From contig NC_068991.1 in the NCBI RefSeq assembly GCF_001194135.2, positions 13,272,466 to 13,335,173 on the forward strand: DNA of 62,708 bases. The letters are read 5' to 3'. The DNA comes from Octopus bimaculoides. Lineage: Eukaryota. Under the pieces are notes generated by a model. It worked only from the letters and a program-made list of their open reading frames with translations, ran no database searches and was not told where the DNA came from. A program made the translations under genes and the position numbers. Below, one piece after another: positions 22,699-36,045 of this stretch. How positions within the stretch are numbered: position 1 is the first letter of the stretch; every line of letters starts with the position of its first letter.

Positions 22699-24168
22699 TT
22701 AAACACTTAACTATGGAACACAATCAAAGACACTAATTTTATTTTATTCTGTTACTGTTAATGGTTACATTGGCAATAATTTAACATATCTTAATTTGCT
22801 GAACAAGAGACGGAAAACTGCAGGAAGCAAGACTTGGTCGTTGGTGTAGTGAGATAATCGGAGTTTCAGGCTACCTGTCACGAAGGCAGTACCTCTGAAT
22901 GGTGATGCAGGATAGATTAGACAGATTCTTTAGCTCCACCTGCATACACTTCAGACCAAATGAAACCTGGGAACTCCTATAGTTATCTAGCAGTTTTGAT
23001 ATTTTGATTTTGTACATCATACTCCAAGAAACAATAACCCGACCCCCGTTTATAAAAATCATTGGATCTTTTTTAAAACGGGGGCCACATTTTTCATTAA
23101 CGAAACACTTTCAAACTTGGAACACTGGTAGAATGTGTCATATAAAACATCTTTTTCTCTTAGTCTTCTTAAAAAAAAAAGAAATCGATAAGTTATTCCA
23201 TGTTAAAGTTGTCGTATTTCTGTAATTTCAACCAATCACTGACGTCCATTCAGCCGATATACATTAAGTGCCGACTACATAAACAAACGATTCTGAAACA
23301 ATTAACCCTAACCCTACGGTTAGGGTTAGGGTTAAAGCAAATAAAACGAAGGTATGGAGATTAAATACGCTTTACATAGCTTAATCAGCCAAAGGAGTAA
23401 ATATAAACAACTGAATACNNNNNNNNNNNNNNNNNNNNNNNNNNNNNNNNNNNNNNNNNNNNNNNNNNNNNNNNNNNNNNNNNNNNNNNNNNNNNNNNNN
23501 NNNNNNNNNNNNNNNNNNNNNNNNNNNNNNNNNNNNNNNNNNNNNNNNNNNNNNNNNNNNNNNNNNNNNNNNNNNNNNNNNNNNNNNNNNNNNNNNNNNN
23601 NNNNNNNNNNNNNNNNNNNNNNNNNNNNNNNNNNNNNNNNNNNNNNNNNNNNNNNNNNNNNNNNNNNNNNNNNNNNNNNNNNNNNNNNNNNNNNNNNNNN
23701 NNNNNNNNNNNNNNNNNNNNNNNNNNNNNNNNNNNNNNNNNNNNNNNNNNNNNNNNNNNNNNNNNNNNNNNNNNNNNNNNNNNNNNNNNNNNNNNNNNNN
23801 NNNNNNNNNNNNNNNNNNNNNNNNNNNNNNNNNNNNNNNNNNNNNNNNNNNNNNNNNNNNNNNNNNNNNNNNNNNNNNNNNNNNNNNNNNNNNNNNNNNN
23901 NNNNNNNNNNNNNNNNNNNNNNNNNNNNNNNNNNNNNNNNNNNNNNNNNNNNNNNNNNNNNNNNNNNNNNNNNNNNNNNNNNNNNNNNNNNNNNNNNNNN
24001 NNNNNNNNNNNNNNNNNNNNNNNNNNNNNNNNNNNNNNNNNNNNNNNNNNNNNNNNNNNNNNNNNNNNNNNNNNNNNNNNNNNNNNNNNNNNNNNNNNNN
24101 NNNNNNNNNNNNNNNNNNNNNNNNNNNNNNNNNNNNNNNNNNNNNNNNNNNNNNNNNNNNNNNNNNNN

Positions 24169-24216
<48 letters not shown>

Positions 24217-24228
24217 CATATGTTGTGT

Positions 24229-24730
24229 ATCTGTGTTTGTCCCCCCACCATCGCTTGACAACCGATGCTGGTGTGCTTGGGTCCCTGTGACTTGGCGGTT
24301 CGGCAAAAGGAGACCGATAGAATAAGTACTAGGCTTGCAAAGAATAAGTCCTGGGGTCGATTTGATTCGACTAAAAGGCGGTGCTCCAGCATGGCCGCAG
24401 TCAAATGACTGAAACAAGTAAAAGAAAAAAAAAATAGAAAAAATATATATATAAACACACACACATATATGTGTGTATATATATACAAACATATATGTGT
24501 GTGTGTGTTTGTAACCCCCAATATCGCTTGACAACCAATATTGGTGTGTGTGTCTGATTGTATCCCCAACATCGCTTGACAACCGATATTGGAGTGTCTT
24601 AGCGGTTCGGCAAAAAGGACCCGATAGAAAAAGTACTAGGCTTACAAAGAATAAGTCCTGGAGTCGATTTGTTCGACTGAAGGCGGTGCTCCAGCATGGC
24701 CGCAGTCGAATGACAGAAAAGAATAAAAGG
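24229..24730 (+). mobile_element. Two tandem SINE family A 3' halves, the second with an internal duplication
   Basis: The consensus tail occurs twice; atcgcttgacaacc(a/g)atattgg is duplicated at ~24522 and ~24571. Confidence 0.8.
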
Positions 24731-25374
24731 ATACGCACACACAAAGCGAGAGCGATTTCATCAAGTATCTTGCTGATATGTAGACAGATGTGTAGATGAT
24801 GAAACATCTCCCACACATCTGTGTAAGGCACACACAGACTTTGTTACCTTCCATCATACACACAAGCATTCATAGAGATTTCGAATCACAAAACCAGGTC
24901 ATTTTACATGTGCTTGCCACCAGTTAGTTATATATGACAGCTGTCTGGATGTGAATAGCGAGATTTTTACCATTATTATTATTATCATCATCATCATTAT
25001 TATAAAAAACTATGATGCAAGTTGCATAAGTAGAGGCGGTGGTGGTGGTGGTGGTGGTGGTGGTGGTAATGATAAGAACAAAAAAAAAGTCCTAGCAACC
25101 CCTCCCCCCACATATGTTGCCGTCAAAGCACTTACTGCTAAGGACTACTTAACACATTTCTCAGTGAGCTCAGCATGAAGACTTTCACCAACCTTTTACT
25201 ACTATTACCACCACCGCTACCACAACCACCACAACCACACAGAAGGAGTGTTCTACATGCTAGAAATCGCAGCCAGCTCTCTCAAATCATATCCTGCAGC
25301 CTAAAAATAGGATATACAGGACATTGCAGGGATCTTTCTGAATTGACGGGCACCACTTGTTTTCTTACCGAAAA

Positions 25375-25720
25375 TGTATTACTTTCGTAACATCCGTGTT
25401 CTCTGTCTTGTTTTTTGTCTGCCACGACATTCCTCCATGGCACAGGTTTAATTTGTGTATACAAATTTAACTTGCGGTCCATGGGAAGAGCCATTTTAAC
25501 GATGCGTCCTGCCCAACTCTTCGAAACGCTGGTGTTAAAATGGGGGTAGCTGATGAAGGAAAATGTTCTCTATGTGGCTTGTGTGTTTTCTGTACTCTGG
25601 TTATTATTATTTTCTTGTCTACGTTTTGTTTGCAATGTCTTGTACCCAGATATGCACCTATATATACAGATGGACGTAGGTATACACATTACCTGTACGT
25701 ATATATGCATATACTCATTT
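25375..25720. mobile_element. Interspersed repeat, paralog of 9550-9890 (Penelope-LTR-like, tentative)
   Basis: See the 9550-9890 entry. Confidence 0.4.
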
Positions 25721-25739
25721 ATTATTTGTTTTATATATA

Positions 25740-26067
25740 TATATACTTAAGACTTCGTTGTGATCTGAACAGAACCGCTTCTGACACAGAGAATCGGGAG
25801 CCCTTTTGGTCATTCTATTTTCCTTGCTGGAAGGGTTCCTAACCCATGAGCAAAGAGGGGTTAGATGATGGCGGTGGCGTTTTCAAAGGGATAGCATGTG
25901 TAACCTGATCACCTCTGCCGATCAAACTCCCAACCCATGCGCTCCAGTTGCAACACTGATTCTGCCCAAATTCGACGTCGATGTTACTTAGTTTGGTTTG
26001 AAATAAAGAACTTGATTAGCTTAACAATCCCAACTTAATCCCGGGCAAAGCCGGGCTATACTGCTGG
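25740..26067 (+). mobile_element. Non-autonomous Helitron (3' terminus clear, 5' end uncertain)
   Basis: GC hairpin cccgg-gcaaag-ccggg (26040-26055) followed 8 nt later by CTGG|T, fitting the Helitron hairpin + CTRR end. Confidence 0.65.
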
Positions 26068-26380
26068 TAAAACATAAATGAAAAGTGGTGCCCGTCAATT
26101 CAGAAAGATCCCATTGCAGTATTATAGTCGGAGATTTTACACACAGGCACACATTCACAAGTGGCATGGACATAGCTGGAAATCCTTTCATCATGGGCCT
26201 GCTTGATCAGGACCGCTATGGTGCTAAAGCAACTAACAAGAATCACTATTATTAATCACCATACTGAGAGGTCCTTTATGTAGTTGCTCAACATGTTAGA
26301 AATGGTAGCTAGATCTTTCTCATGTAGTATGTGGAAAATAGAGACAAAGTCTTCGGATACTGTAGTCTTAGATACATTAT

Positions 26381-26754
26381 ACTCTTTTACTTGTTTCAGT
26401 CATTTGACTGCGGCCATGCTGGAGCACCGCCTTTAGTCGAGTAAATCAACCCCCAGGACTTATTCTTTGTAAGCCTAGTACTTATTCTATCGGTCTGTTA
26501 TGCTGAACCGCTAAGTTACGGGAAAGTATACACACCAGCATCGGTTGTCAAGCGATGTTGGGGAACAAACATACATATATATATATATACAACGGGCTTC
26601 TTTCAGTTCCTGTCTACCAAATCCACTCACAAGGCTTTGATCGGCCAGAGGCTATAGTAGAAGACACTTGCCGAAAATGCCGCACAGTAGGACTGAACCC
26701 AGAACCATGTGGTTGGTAAGCAAGCTACTTACCACACAGCCACTCCTGCGCCTA
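26381..26754 (-). mobile_element. SINE family A, near full length
   Basis: Complete head (taggcgcaggagtggctgtgtgg) to tail. Further full or partial copies at ~12000, 18530, 30269-30682, 32510, 39580, 40533, 49000, 53054-53449, 54093-54617, 56432, 58070. Confidence 0.9.
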
Positions 26755-27129
26755 TGTCTAAAAAAAAAAAAAAAAAAAGACTGGTTTGTTGGTACATCTA
26801 TGATCATAGATATTCTTAATTAGGTCTGGACTGGAGTTAAACAATAGCAACAATCATTTAAAGATGGCGGTTCTGCATGTTTGCTCAAATGGCTAGAAAT
26901 AGTAGCCATATTTCCCTCAAATTACACCAGTAAGGCGGGGGGGGGGGGAGAAGAAAATGGTTGCAACTGGAATGTCTTTGACCACAAGTTGGCATTTTTT
27001 GTGTTGGAACATGAAAGAATATAAGGTTAGTGAACCACCACCACCACAATTGTTTTCATACTGGCCCATAGACTATATATTTGTTGTGTAAAGCAGTGAA
27101 CATTGAACCAAATTGAATCAATCCTCACA

Positions 27130-27640
27130 TATTGTTGTGTCTATTCCCATCTATGCTGAAGGGTCAGGGACCATGGATGCATGCACCATCTCCATTGAAT
27201 CTCAGCTCTGGCCATGGATGTGCATCATTCAGCTATAGTTCTTCTGGTCCATTCTAAGTCTGTGTCTAAGTCTTTCCATTCCTCGTTTCCCACCGACTTT
27301 TCCCTTTTAGGAAATGGGTGCTGAGATTCTGGGCCTTGGTGACGAGCCCAAAACAATGCAGCTTCCATTTCCTGACCGTTGACAACCCCACCCCTTTTCT
27401 GTCCCCCATTTCCTCCAGTTACTGACTCATTTGCTGATGATCAATCCAGTTGATCCCCAGAACTCATTGGTAGCATATCCTTTCAAATGTTCTGAGATTG
27501 GTAGTGCCCTTTGTTTTAAGGTCCACTTTTCAAATCTATACAATGCAACAGGCCAAACTAGTGTCTTCAGAAGATTTAATTCAATACTCTTAAGAGCTCC
27601 GTCTTCCCAGATTGTATTGAATGGTTTTAAAGGCAATCTT
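27130..27640 (-). mobile_element. RTE (BovB-like) LINE C-terminal fragment, decayed
   Basis: IWEDGALKSIELNLLKTLVWPVALYRFEKWTLK resembles the RTE motif IWxD..TKxRLxxxLVWPVxLYGxExWTL. Confidence 0.7.
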
Positions 27641-28095
27641 GTTGCTCCTGAGTTATGCTCCTATTTTGTGGCCCCAGTCTCCTGTGTCTGTGATAACACT
27701 CAGATATTTGAACTTGCATATCACATGTAGCTTATTTTTATCAATGGTGGCAATATTTTTACTTATTAGACTTGCAAGAAATAACACCTTAATCTTCCTC
27801 AAACTATATCTTATCAGCTTGGTAGGGGGCATAATTTGAAAGAATTTGGCTATATTTCTAATATGTTGAGTGGCCAGGTAGGTACTCTCCCACCAACATT
27901 GGTTCGTGACTCCTCCTAAGTCAGCAAAATTCTCAATTAGCTTCAAAATTAATTGATAACAGAGAAAGGTAGTGTAATTAATTAGTAATATAGTTACAGA
28001 AAGGCTAAGTTTATCTAAGAACTAGGCTGTGAATGTTATTGTTGCTACTGCTTAGCATGAAAAGGCCAATGATCAAAGGCAATCAAGCTATGACC

Positions 28096-28281
28096 ATGAA
28101 GTAGTTGTATGCTGTCAACTTAATGTGATAGTCCCCTGAAGGGAATACTACTACTGTTGGTTAGACCGAGGAAGCTGCACCGCTTCCTGTCGGCCTTGAC
28201 ACATTTCCGACAGGAAGCGGTGCAGCTTCCTAGGTCTAACCAACAGTATCACATTAAGTTGACAGCATACAACTACTTCAT
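28096..28281. repeat. Long near-perfect inverted repeat (75 bp paired, 13-nt loop)
   Basis: 28096-28130 pairs with 28247-28281; 28152-28193 pairs with 28207-28248 (1 mismatch). Confidence 0.95.
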
Positions 28282-28818
28282 AAATCTCTCCGAGAGATTT
28301 AGAAATGTATTATTTCTAAAAAAGCTATGACCATTTCATCCTTTTTCTTTATCCCCAAGCAGTGTGGAACCAGAAGCACATAATTCAATCTATGTTAGCC
28401 CCCTTTTAAGATAGCTGTGTGTTTTGAGGTAGATAAGGCTGCTGTTTCTAGCAGAGATTCCATTTTAAGTCCCTCAATCATAAAGAAATAAATGATGGTG
28501 GTGGTGGAAGTGGTGGGGAGAAACCATGGTGTGCTACTGTGACAGCAGCAGTTGAAACAATGCAAATGACAGTGAGGGGACCTCTACACAGTTGATCTAC
28601 CTACTAGAAATAGAAGCTAAATTTTTCTTATATCACACACAATCTAAAATGGAGAGAGAGAGAGAGAATATATTGTATAGTATTTTCTTATTAGTTGTCG
28701 ATCATGTTTAAAATGATTTTGATCCCATACTTGGTAGTTGACTCACAAGTGACCTGTGGAGTTATACAATTTCTTCAGTTAAATCATCCAATCTTTAAGC
28801 AGACGCTGCTAACAATTG

Positions 28819-28866
<48 letters not shown>

Positions 28867-29077
28867 AGAGAAGATAAAAAGCGACTTTATGTTGTACTTC
28901 TAGCTGCATAAAATATTAATCTCATTCACTCATAAACCAATTCACACAGGAACACTATGCAATGCCCTCCATAACTTTTGAATACATTTTGGACTTATTT
29001 TTTTTTATCTCTAATAAGAAAGAAATGGTAGTGGCGGTGGTGGTGGGGTATCTGTATATATATCTGANNNNNNNNNN

Positions 29078-29113
<36 letters not shown>

Positions 29114-30268
29114 CGGAGAGAGAGAGAGAAAAAGAGATTTATATCTAAATTAAGTTGTATAATTATGGATTTCAGACGGTATGTTCACTTCTCTTATACA
29201 TGTTCCAACAAAGAATATGCGTATTTTATAAAAAAAAAAAAGACCTAAGTACAGTGGAATGTGGCATGGACGGGGTAGGGGTAAGATTTAACAGGTTTAT
29301 TGCTTAGGGATGTGACATAAATGAATCCAGACATCATAGTACAGCAGTTTATATATTTTAATGACTTTGAGAATGGAGAACAGTACTTGTGGCTTTTTTT
29401 TCCTCTTTTCTTTTTCGAAGGTCTCCTTCGGGAATAAAGGAGAAAGAGAAGCAGAAGAAGCAATTTCCAAACCAGAGTCTTGGCCTAAATTCATGAAACA
29501 AAGAGTAGATTCTGCTAAAAATCCCTCAAGAGGCAGGTGGTGGTGGTGGTGGTGTTAAAGTAAGAGATAGATTGCTTACCACCCAAGAACAGGAATAATC
29601 CATTTAAAGGGCTATGGGGCATGGTTTCCAGTTACCGAAATATTTGGGATAACTTTAGGCTACAGTAGAAGACACTTGTCCAAGGACCAAAAGTGGCGCA
29701 ACATAATATAAAAGCAAAGTTCTTAATATGGATTTCTGGACCCAGGAATATAGACACAAAGAGACATTTTTAAGAAAGGAACATTTCAGTCTAATCAATA
29801 CTAGGAACTTGAATGGTATTTTAGTTATTTTATTGATCCTAGACTATCTAGGACTATATTATGTAATGCTTCCATTCTGCTGAGGTTGACTTTACATTTC
29901 ATCTTTTTGGGGTTAATAAAATAAGTACCAGTCAATTATTGGGGTTCATATAATAGAATAGCCCCCAACTCCCAAATTTCATAACACAAAGATTACCTAA
30001 CGTGTTCTACACATCTCAATATGTTAAGTGTAATTTAGGGTAGATTTGGTTGCTATTTCCAGCTGGTCAAGGGACAACATAGAGGTTTCTTTATTGGTTC
30101 TTACATAGTTATTGAATATTGTGGCATGCAAAAATGCGACAATATTGAGAGAAGTACCGTGTGGAGACAGCCGAGACTGGATCTCCTGGATCATTGTGGC
30201 TACTACAAAAATAATAAATTAAAAATTTCCAAGATAAACAAAAATACATGCAATATTCAGAAAATAGC

Positions 30269-30682
30269 ACTCTTTTACTTGTTTCAGTCATTTGACTGTG
30301 GCCATGCTGGAGCACCGCCTTTAGTTGAATCAAATCGACCCCAGGACTTATTCTTTGTAAGCCTAGTACTTATTCTATCGGTCTCTTTTGCCAAACCGCT
30401 AAGTTACGGTGACCTAAACACACCAGCATCGGTTGTCAAGCGATGTTGGGGGGACAAACACAGACACAGACACACACACACACATATATACACACACACA
30501 CACATATATATATATATACGATAGGCTTCTTTCAGTTTCCGTCTTCCAAATCCACTCACAAGGCTTTGATCGGCCCAAGGCTATAGTAGAAGACACTTGC
30601 CCAAGGTGCCAAGCAGTGGGACTCAACCTGAGACCATGTGGTTGATAAGCAAGCTACTTACCACACAGCCACTCCTGCGCCT
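30269..30682 (-). mobile_element. SINE family A, full length
   Basis: Head-to-tail match to the consensus of the other copies. Confidence 0.9.
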
Positions 30683-31982
30683 TAGAGTATCCACACCAAA
30701 TACCAAAAAGGGTATTTCTAGGCACCGTACACATTATGTACATTGCACCAAGGCCAAATACACACACAAAATATAGAAATAAGCACCATTAAGTACTGCA
30801 TACATTATGGAGAATATTCCAGAGAACCTCACAGTATCTGCTTCGAATCTCTTTGCTCTGAGTTCGAATTTCACCAAGGTCAACTTCATCCTTTCAGGGT
30901 AAAAAAAAAAAAAAAAAAAAAAAAGACCTGTCAAGAGTTGTTGACTGGATGCTTTGTTCTGATTCTGTGCACTCTGAGTTCAAATCTTAGTGTAGTGTAC
31001 TGTCGTCTGGTTTAGCATAATCACTCAGCACCTTGAATGTCTATAGTAAGCGTTTGGACCAAGTTATATTTTTGAGGTCACCTTTGTCCCTCTCACCAGT
31101 CTCGGAGACCCTGTTAAGGATCACGAGCTTTGCCCTCCTCTCCAAACAATTATATCTTGTCATTCTGAGGAGTCCTTTCTTGAAAGGCTGAACATGTCTT
31201 TTGGATTCATGGTTTATAGTGGTAACATACCTTGTTATTGGCTTGATTGATTTCATGGACTATCTTGTGCCCTAATTTTCGAAAGCCATCTTTGTTGACA
31301 ATTCAGTTATTTTAATGCCTACGTTTCTTAGAGACCTCATCAGCCACAAATAAGATGGCACTAACTTATTTCAAAATTATTTTTGAGGGTTCTCATTTTT
31401 TTTTAATGATACACTTGAGATTAATTAATCAAGATAATATAGCCCCTTAATGCTATATCATACCACCAGAGGAGCCAGTCATTGTCAGTAGTAGAAGGTT
31501 CACAGGGCAAGTTCCTCATCCACTCACAACAACCTTTATGTAGTGATGAATAGATAAGGTACCATATCTACCCACTCATAGGGCAGAGTACCACATAAGT
31601 AATTGACACAAGTAATTGACTTCCAGTAAGACAAACTATTCAGCTAAAATACCCACCTACCTACGTTAGTTAAGATATTTACAGCAGCAAGAACATATCC
31701 AGCTATCTCTGACCTAAACTTACGGTGGTATTAAATAATAATGGTGATATTTCAAACAGGACATCAATTTTTCTGTTTCTCTTCCACACAAACACAACAC
31801 AGTTCAGGCCAAGAAGTGCAACATAATAAATAAATAAATAAATAAATAAATATATATACACACACATACAAATATACATACATATTACAAAGACACATAA
31901 ATACAGACAGACATGTACACACACAGATATATATATATATGTATATACATATATACATATACACACACATATATACAATTGC

Positions 31983-32022
<40 letters not shown>

Positions 32023-34544
32023 CACACACACACACACATCCATAAATATATACATAAGCAGACTTTAAACAAAACTGATGATGTGAATACATACATACAT
32101 ACATGTATATACAAATATACTCATACATACATTAAATATACATACATACATACATACATACATAAATATATGGCACACACGCACATAAATGACTTGACAT
32201 TATTCACACATTGCCTGTAACATGATCTTGCTGAGAACCATGAGAAATACAGGTCAGATGTGAAAGGAGGCTTGGAACAAACAAAAACAAATGTTCCTGC
32301 ACGTTCACACACACACACAAAAGAAGAGAAGAAAAAAAAATCCCACAAACAATATGAAAAGCAGTAACAAAAGACAAAGACAAGCTGGAAAAATAGATGG
32401 GGGCGGAAAAGAATAGTTTCTTAATTTGGCACAGGAATGAGTGACTAACCCTATACAGTGAATAATGAGTTACAGTTTTCCTTAATATATATATATCTTT
32501 TCTTTTATCTTTTCTTTTACTTGCTTCAGTCATTTGACTGTGGCCATGCTAGAGCACCGCCTTTAGTCGAGCAAATCGACCCCGGGACTTATTCTTTAGA
32601 AGCCTAGTACCTATTCTATCGGTCTCTTTTTGCCGAACCGCTAAGTGACGGGGACATAAACACACCAGCATTGGTTGTTAAGCAATGCTAGCGGGACAAA
32701 CACAAACACACACACATATATATATACATATATACGACGGGCTTCTTTCAGTTTCCGTCTACCAAATCCACTCACAAGGCTTTGGTCGGTCTGAGGCTAT
32801 AGCAGAAGACACNNNNNNNNNNNNNNNNNNNNNNNNNNNNNNNNNNNNNNNNNNNNNNNNNNNNNNNNNNNNNNNNNNNNNNNNNNNNNNNNNNNNNNNN
32901 NNNNNNNNNNNNNNNNNNNNNNNNNNNNNNNNNNNNNNNNNNNNNNNNNNNNNNNNNNNNNNNNNNNNNNNNNNNNNNNNNNNNNNNNNNNNNNNNNNNN
33001 NNNNNNNNNNNNNNNNNNNNNNNNNNNNNNNNNNNNNNNNNNNNNNNNNNNNNNNNNNNNNNNNNNNNNNNNNNNNNNNNNNNNNNNNNNNNNNNNNNNN
33101 NNNNNNNNNNNNNNNNNNNNNNNNNNNNNNNNNNNNNNNNNNNNNNNNNNNNNNNNNNNNNNNNNNNNNNNNNNNNNNNNNNNNNNNNNNNNNNNNNNNN
33201 NNNNNNNNNNNNNNNNNNNNNNNNNNNNNNNNNNNNNNNNNNNNNNNNNNNNNNNNNNNNNNNNNNNNNNNNNNNNNNNNNNNNNNNNNNNNNNNNNNNN
33301 NNNNNNNNNNNNNNNNNNNNNNNNNNNNNNNNNNNNNNNNNNNNNNNNNNNNNNNNNNNNNNNNNNNNNNNNNNNNNNNNNNNNNNNNNNNNNNNNNNNN
33401 NNNNNNNNNNNNNNNNNNNNNNNNNNNNNNNNNNNNNNNTATATATATGTGTATGTATATACACACATATTTGTATATGCTGGTCTAAAATCCAGAGTGA
33501 AGTAAGAAGTAGTGTTCTGTAAATTAGCAGTCTGACAAACAGAGAGCAATAAAATAAACATTGGGGTCATGTGATTGACAAACTTTGGAATGCGGTGTAT
33601 TATCATGGCCACAATCCAATTCCTGAAACTAGTGAAAGAATACACACACATGAGAGAGAGAGAGAGAGAGAGAGCCACAGCCACAACAGAGTGGGTGCTT
33701 TTTACGTGGCACCAGCATCTGCGTGTTTTACATGGCACCGATATCCAAACACCAAGGTACCACAACACAAGGCCAAAGGAGATTTAATCAATGTCAGTTC
33801 TTGATCAAGACATTATTCTATTGGACCCAGAGCAGATGAAAATTCAAGATGACAGGATTCGAACTCAGAACACAAATAGCATAAAGCAATATGCCATATG
33901 CCCTACTGATTCTCCAAATCAATTACCTTCCTTTCTTCTGTATTATTTGGAATGGTACAGAATTGGCAGAGTCATGTACCAGTTAGTTTATGGTCCGTGT
34001 TCAAATGAGGTTGAGACTCACTTTGGTTTTCATCTTTCCAAAAGCAATGAGACCAATTACCAGTCAAGTACCAAGGATGGTGTGTGACAGTTAATATAAT
34101 CATAAAATGTGAGGTTTTCTTGAGTTATTACGAAAACGAAGTCAAAGCCATCCATTTTGGAGAAGATATCTCTGAGTAACTTCAATAGTGTGTGTATGCC
34201 AACCTCAACGGAATTTGAACATACAACTTATGAAATGGAAAGAAAAACACCGCAATGCTCTATTACCGCCCTCACCAATAAAGATACTAATAATGGTTTT
34301 TATTTTTGGCACAAGGCCAGCAATTTCGGGGAGGGAGAGCGGAAGAAATATTGCTAAGCATTTCGTCCGACGCGCTAACGATCCTGCCTGCTGGGCGCTT
34401 TAATAATTTCTTAGCATAGACCCAATACCACAAATTTGGTGGGAGAGGTGTTATTTATTGTATAAACTCCTCTCTACCCAAGTACGTCACTGGTATTTGA
34501 AGTCAACTACGGCGGGATTTGATCTCCGGCCTCAAAAATATTTC

Positions 34545-34768
34545 GGCGATCTTTCGGTACGAGTCCTAAATATCGGCCTTTTCCGTAACACCCGCACGAT
34601 CTTCACTACGGTGTTAGTGTTACGGTTAGAGACGGAATTCCCTAACCGTAAACCCTTCAAAATCGCGCTCTCTGTATGTCTTTCGCTGTTATGACGTCGT
34701 TTCCCTGCTTCTCTCCAACACTTTTTACGGAAAAGGCCGATATTTAGGACTCGTACCGAAAGATCGCC
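34545..34768. mobile_element. MITE with perfect 44-bp TIRs, Merlin-like
   Basis: TIRs 34545-34588 / 34725-34768 start with GGCGA; flanks AATATTTC / AATATTTT (7/8 TSD match). Confidence 0.8.
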
Positions 34769-34859
34769 AATATTTTCTATTTTAGCTCTACCGACTCCGG
34801 CTAAACCATCAACCCAATAACAACAACAATCATAAACCTCCTTTTCCTCCAAAAATGTC

Positions 34860-35100
34860 AACAGGTAAATAAAAAAAAAAAAAGATTGCCGATTGTTGTA
34901 TGAGATCCAACCGGAAGACAGTAGAGACTGTACAGGTGTATACACCCACCCATACATACACATGATGTTCTATACACCACAATGCAGACAAACGAACGAT
35001 GTCAGTCGGTGTGAATGGATATTAAAAGCAGGCGCCGCTCTACTGTCAATAAAACAAAGGTTTCATAGAGAAACATTAGCGAGTCAATAAGTATCTATGT

Positions 35101-35131
<31 letters not shown>

Positions 35132-35420
35132 CACACACACACATACATACATACTTATTGACCCGCTAATGTTTCTTCTATACAGCTCTGTGTGTGTGTA
35201 TCATCTTGCTATGCACCGAGTACGCTTTCTTCCATTTGTAGATCCGAACGTTTCTGTTTTCACACACGATGTATGCGCGCGCCCATACGTGAATAACCAC
35301 GCACAACCTCTTCAAAGAAGTTAACATTGTTTGTATAGACCCCCTGCGCGCATGGCAAAGGGATTTGAGGTGGTGGTTAGGTAGGTAGGTAGGTAGGTAG
35401 GAGGTGACTCGATTAAACCA
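34860..35420. promoter_or_regulatory. CpG-enriched segment, candidate promoter/enhancer
   Basis: Locally many CpGs; an ETS-like CCGGAAG (~34911) and an NRF1-like GCGCGCATGG (~35347). No transcript evidence. Confidence 0.25.
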
Positions 35421-35965
35421 AGCGAACACATGGTACCAGTAATTCACTGTTACACGGATAGCATGCTTTATCGAGCCCCCGAAGAGATGAATGGTAAAAC
35501 TGACTCGCGTGAGACTCGAACACCAAAATAAGCCATAACAAATACCTTACGATATTTTGACTGAAACAACGAGTCCGCCATACATTCATAGGTACATACG
35601 TATGTATACCTATGAATGTGTAAATACATATAGATATACTTTTATATACATATAGACACATATATACATATACACACACATATACATACCCATACAATAA
35701 CAATAATACATATATATACATACATATAATATATACACGTATATATATATATACATGCATACATATACACATACATGCATATACATATATGCATACATAT
35801 ACATACATACATACACAAATACATATATGCATACATATATATGCACACATAAATACACTTCTATATACACACACACATATATATACATATACACACACAT
35901 ATGTATATATACATACAAACATATATAGATATATATACACACACGCATATATACACACACACACA

Positions 35966-36045
<80 letters not shown>

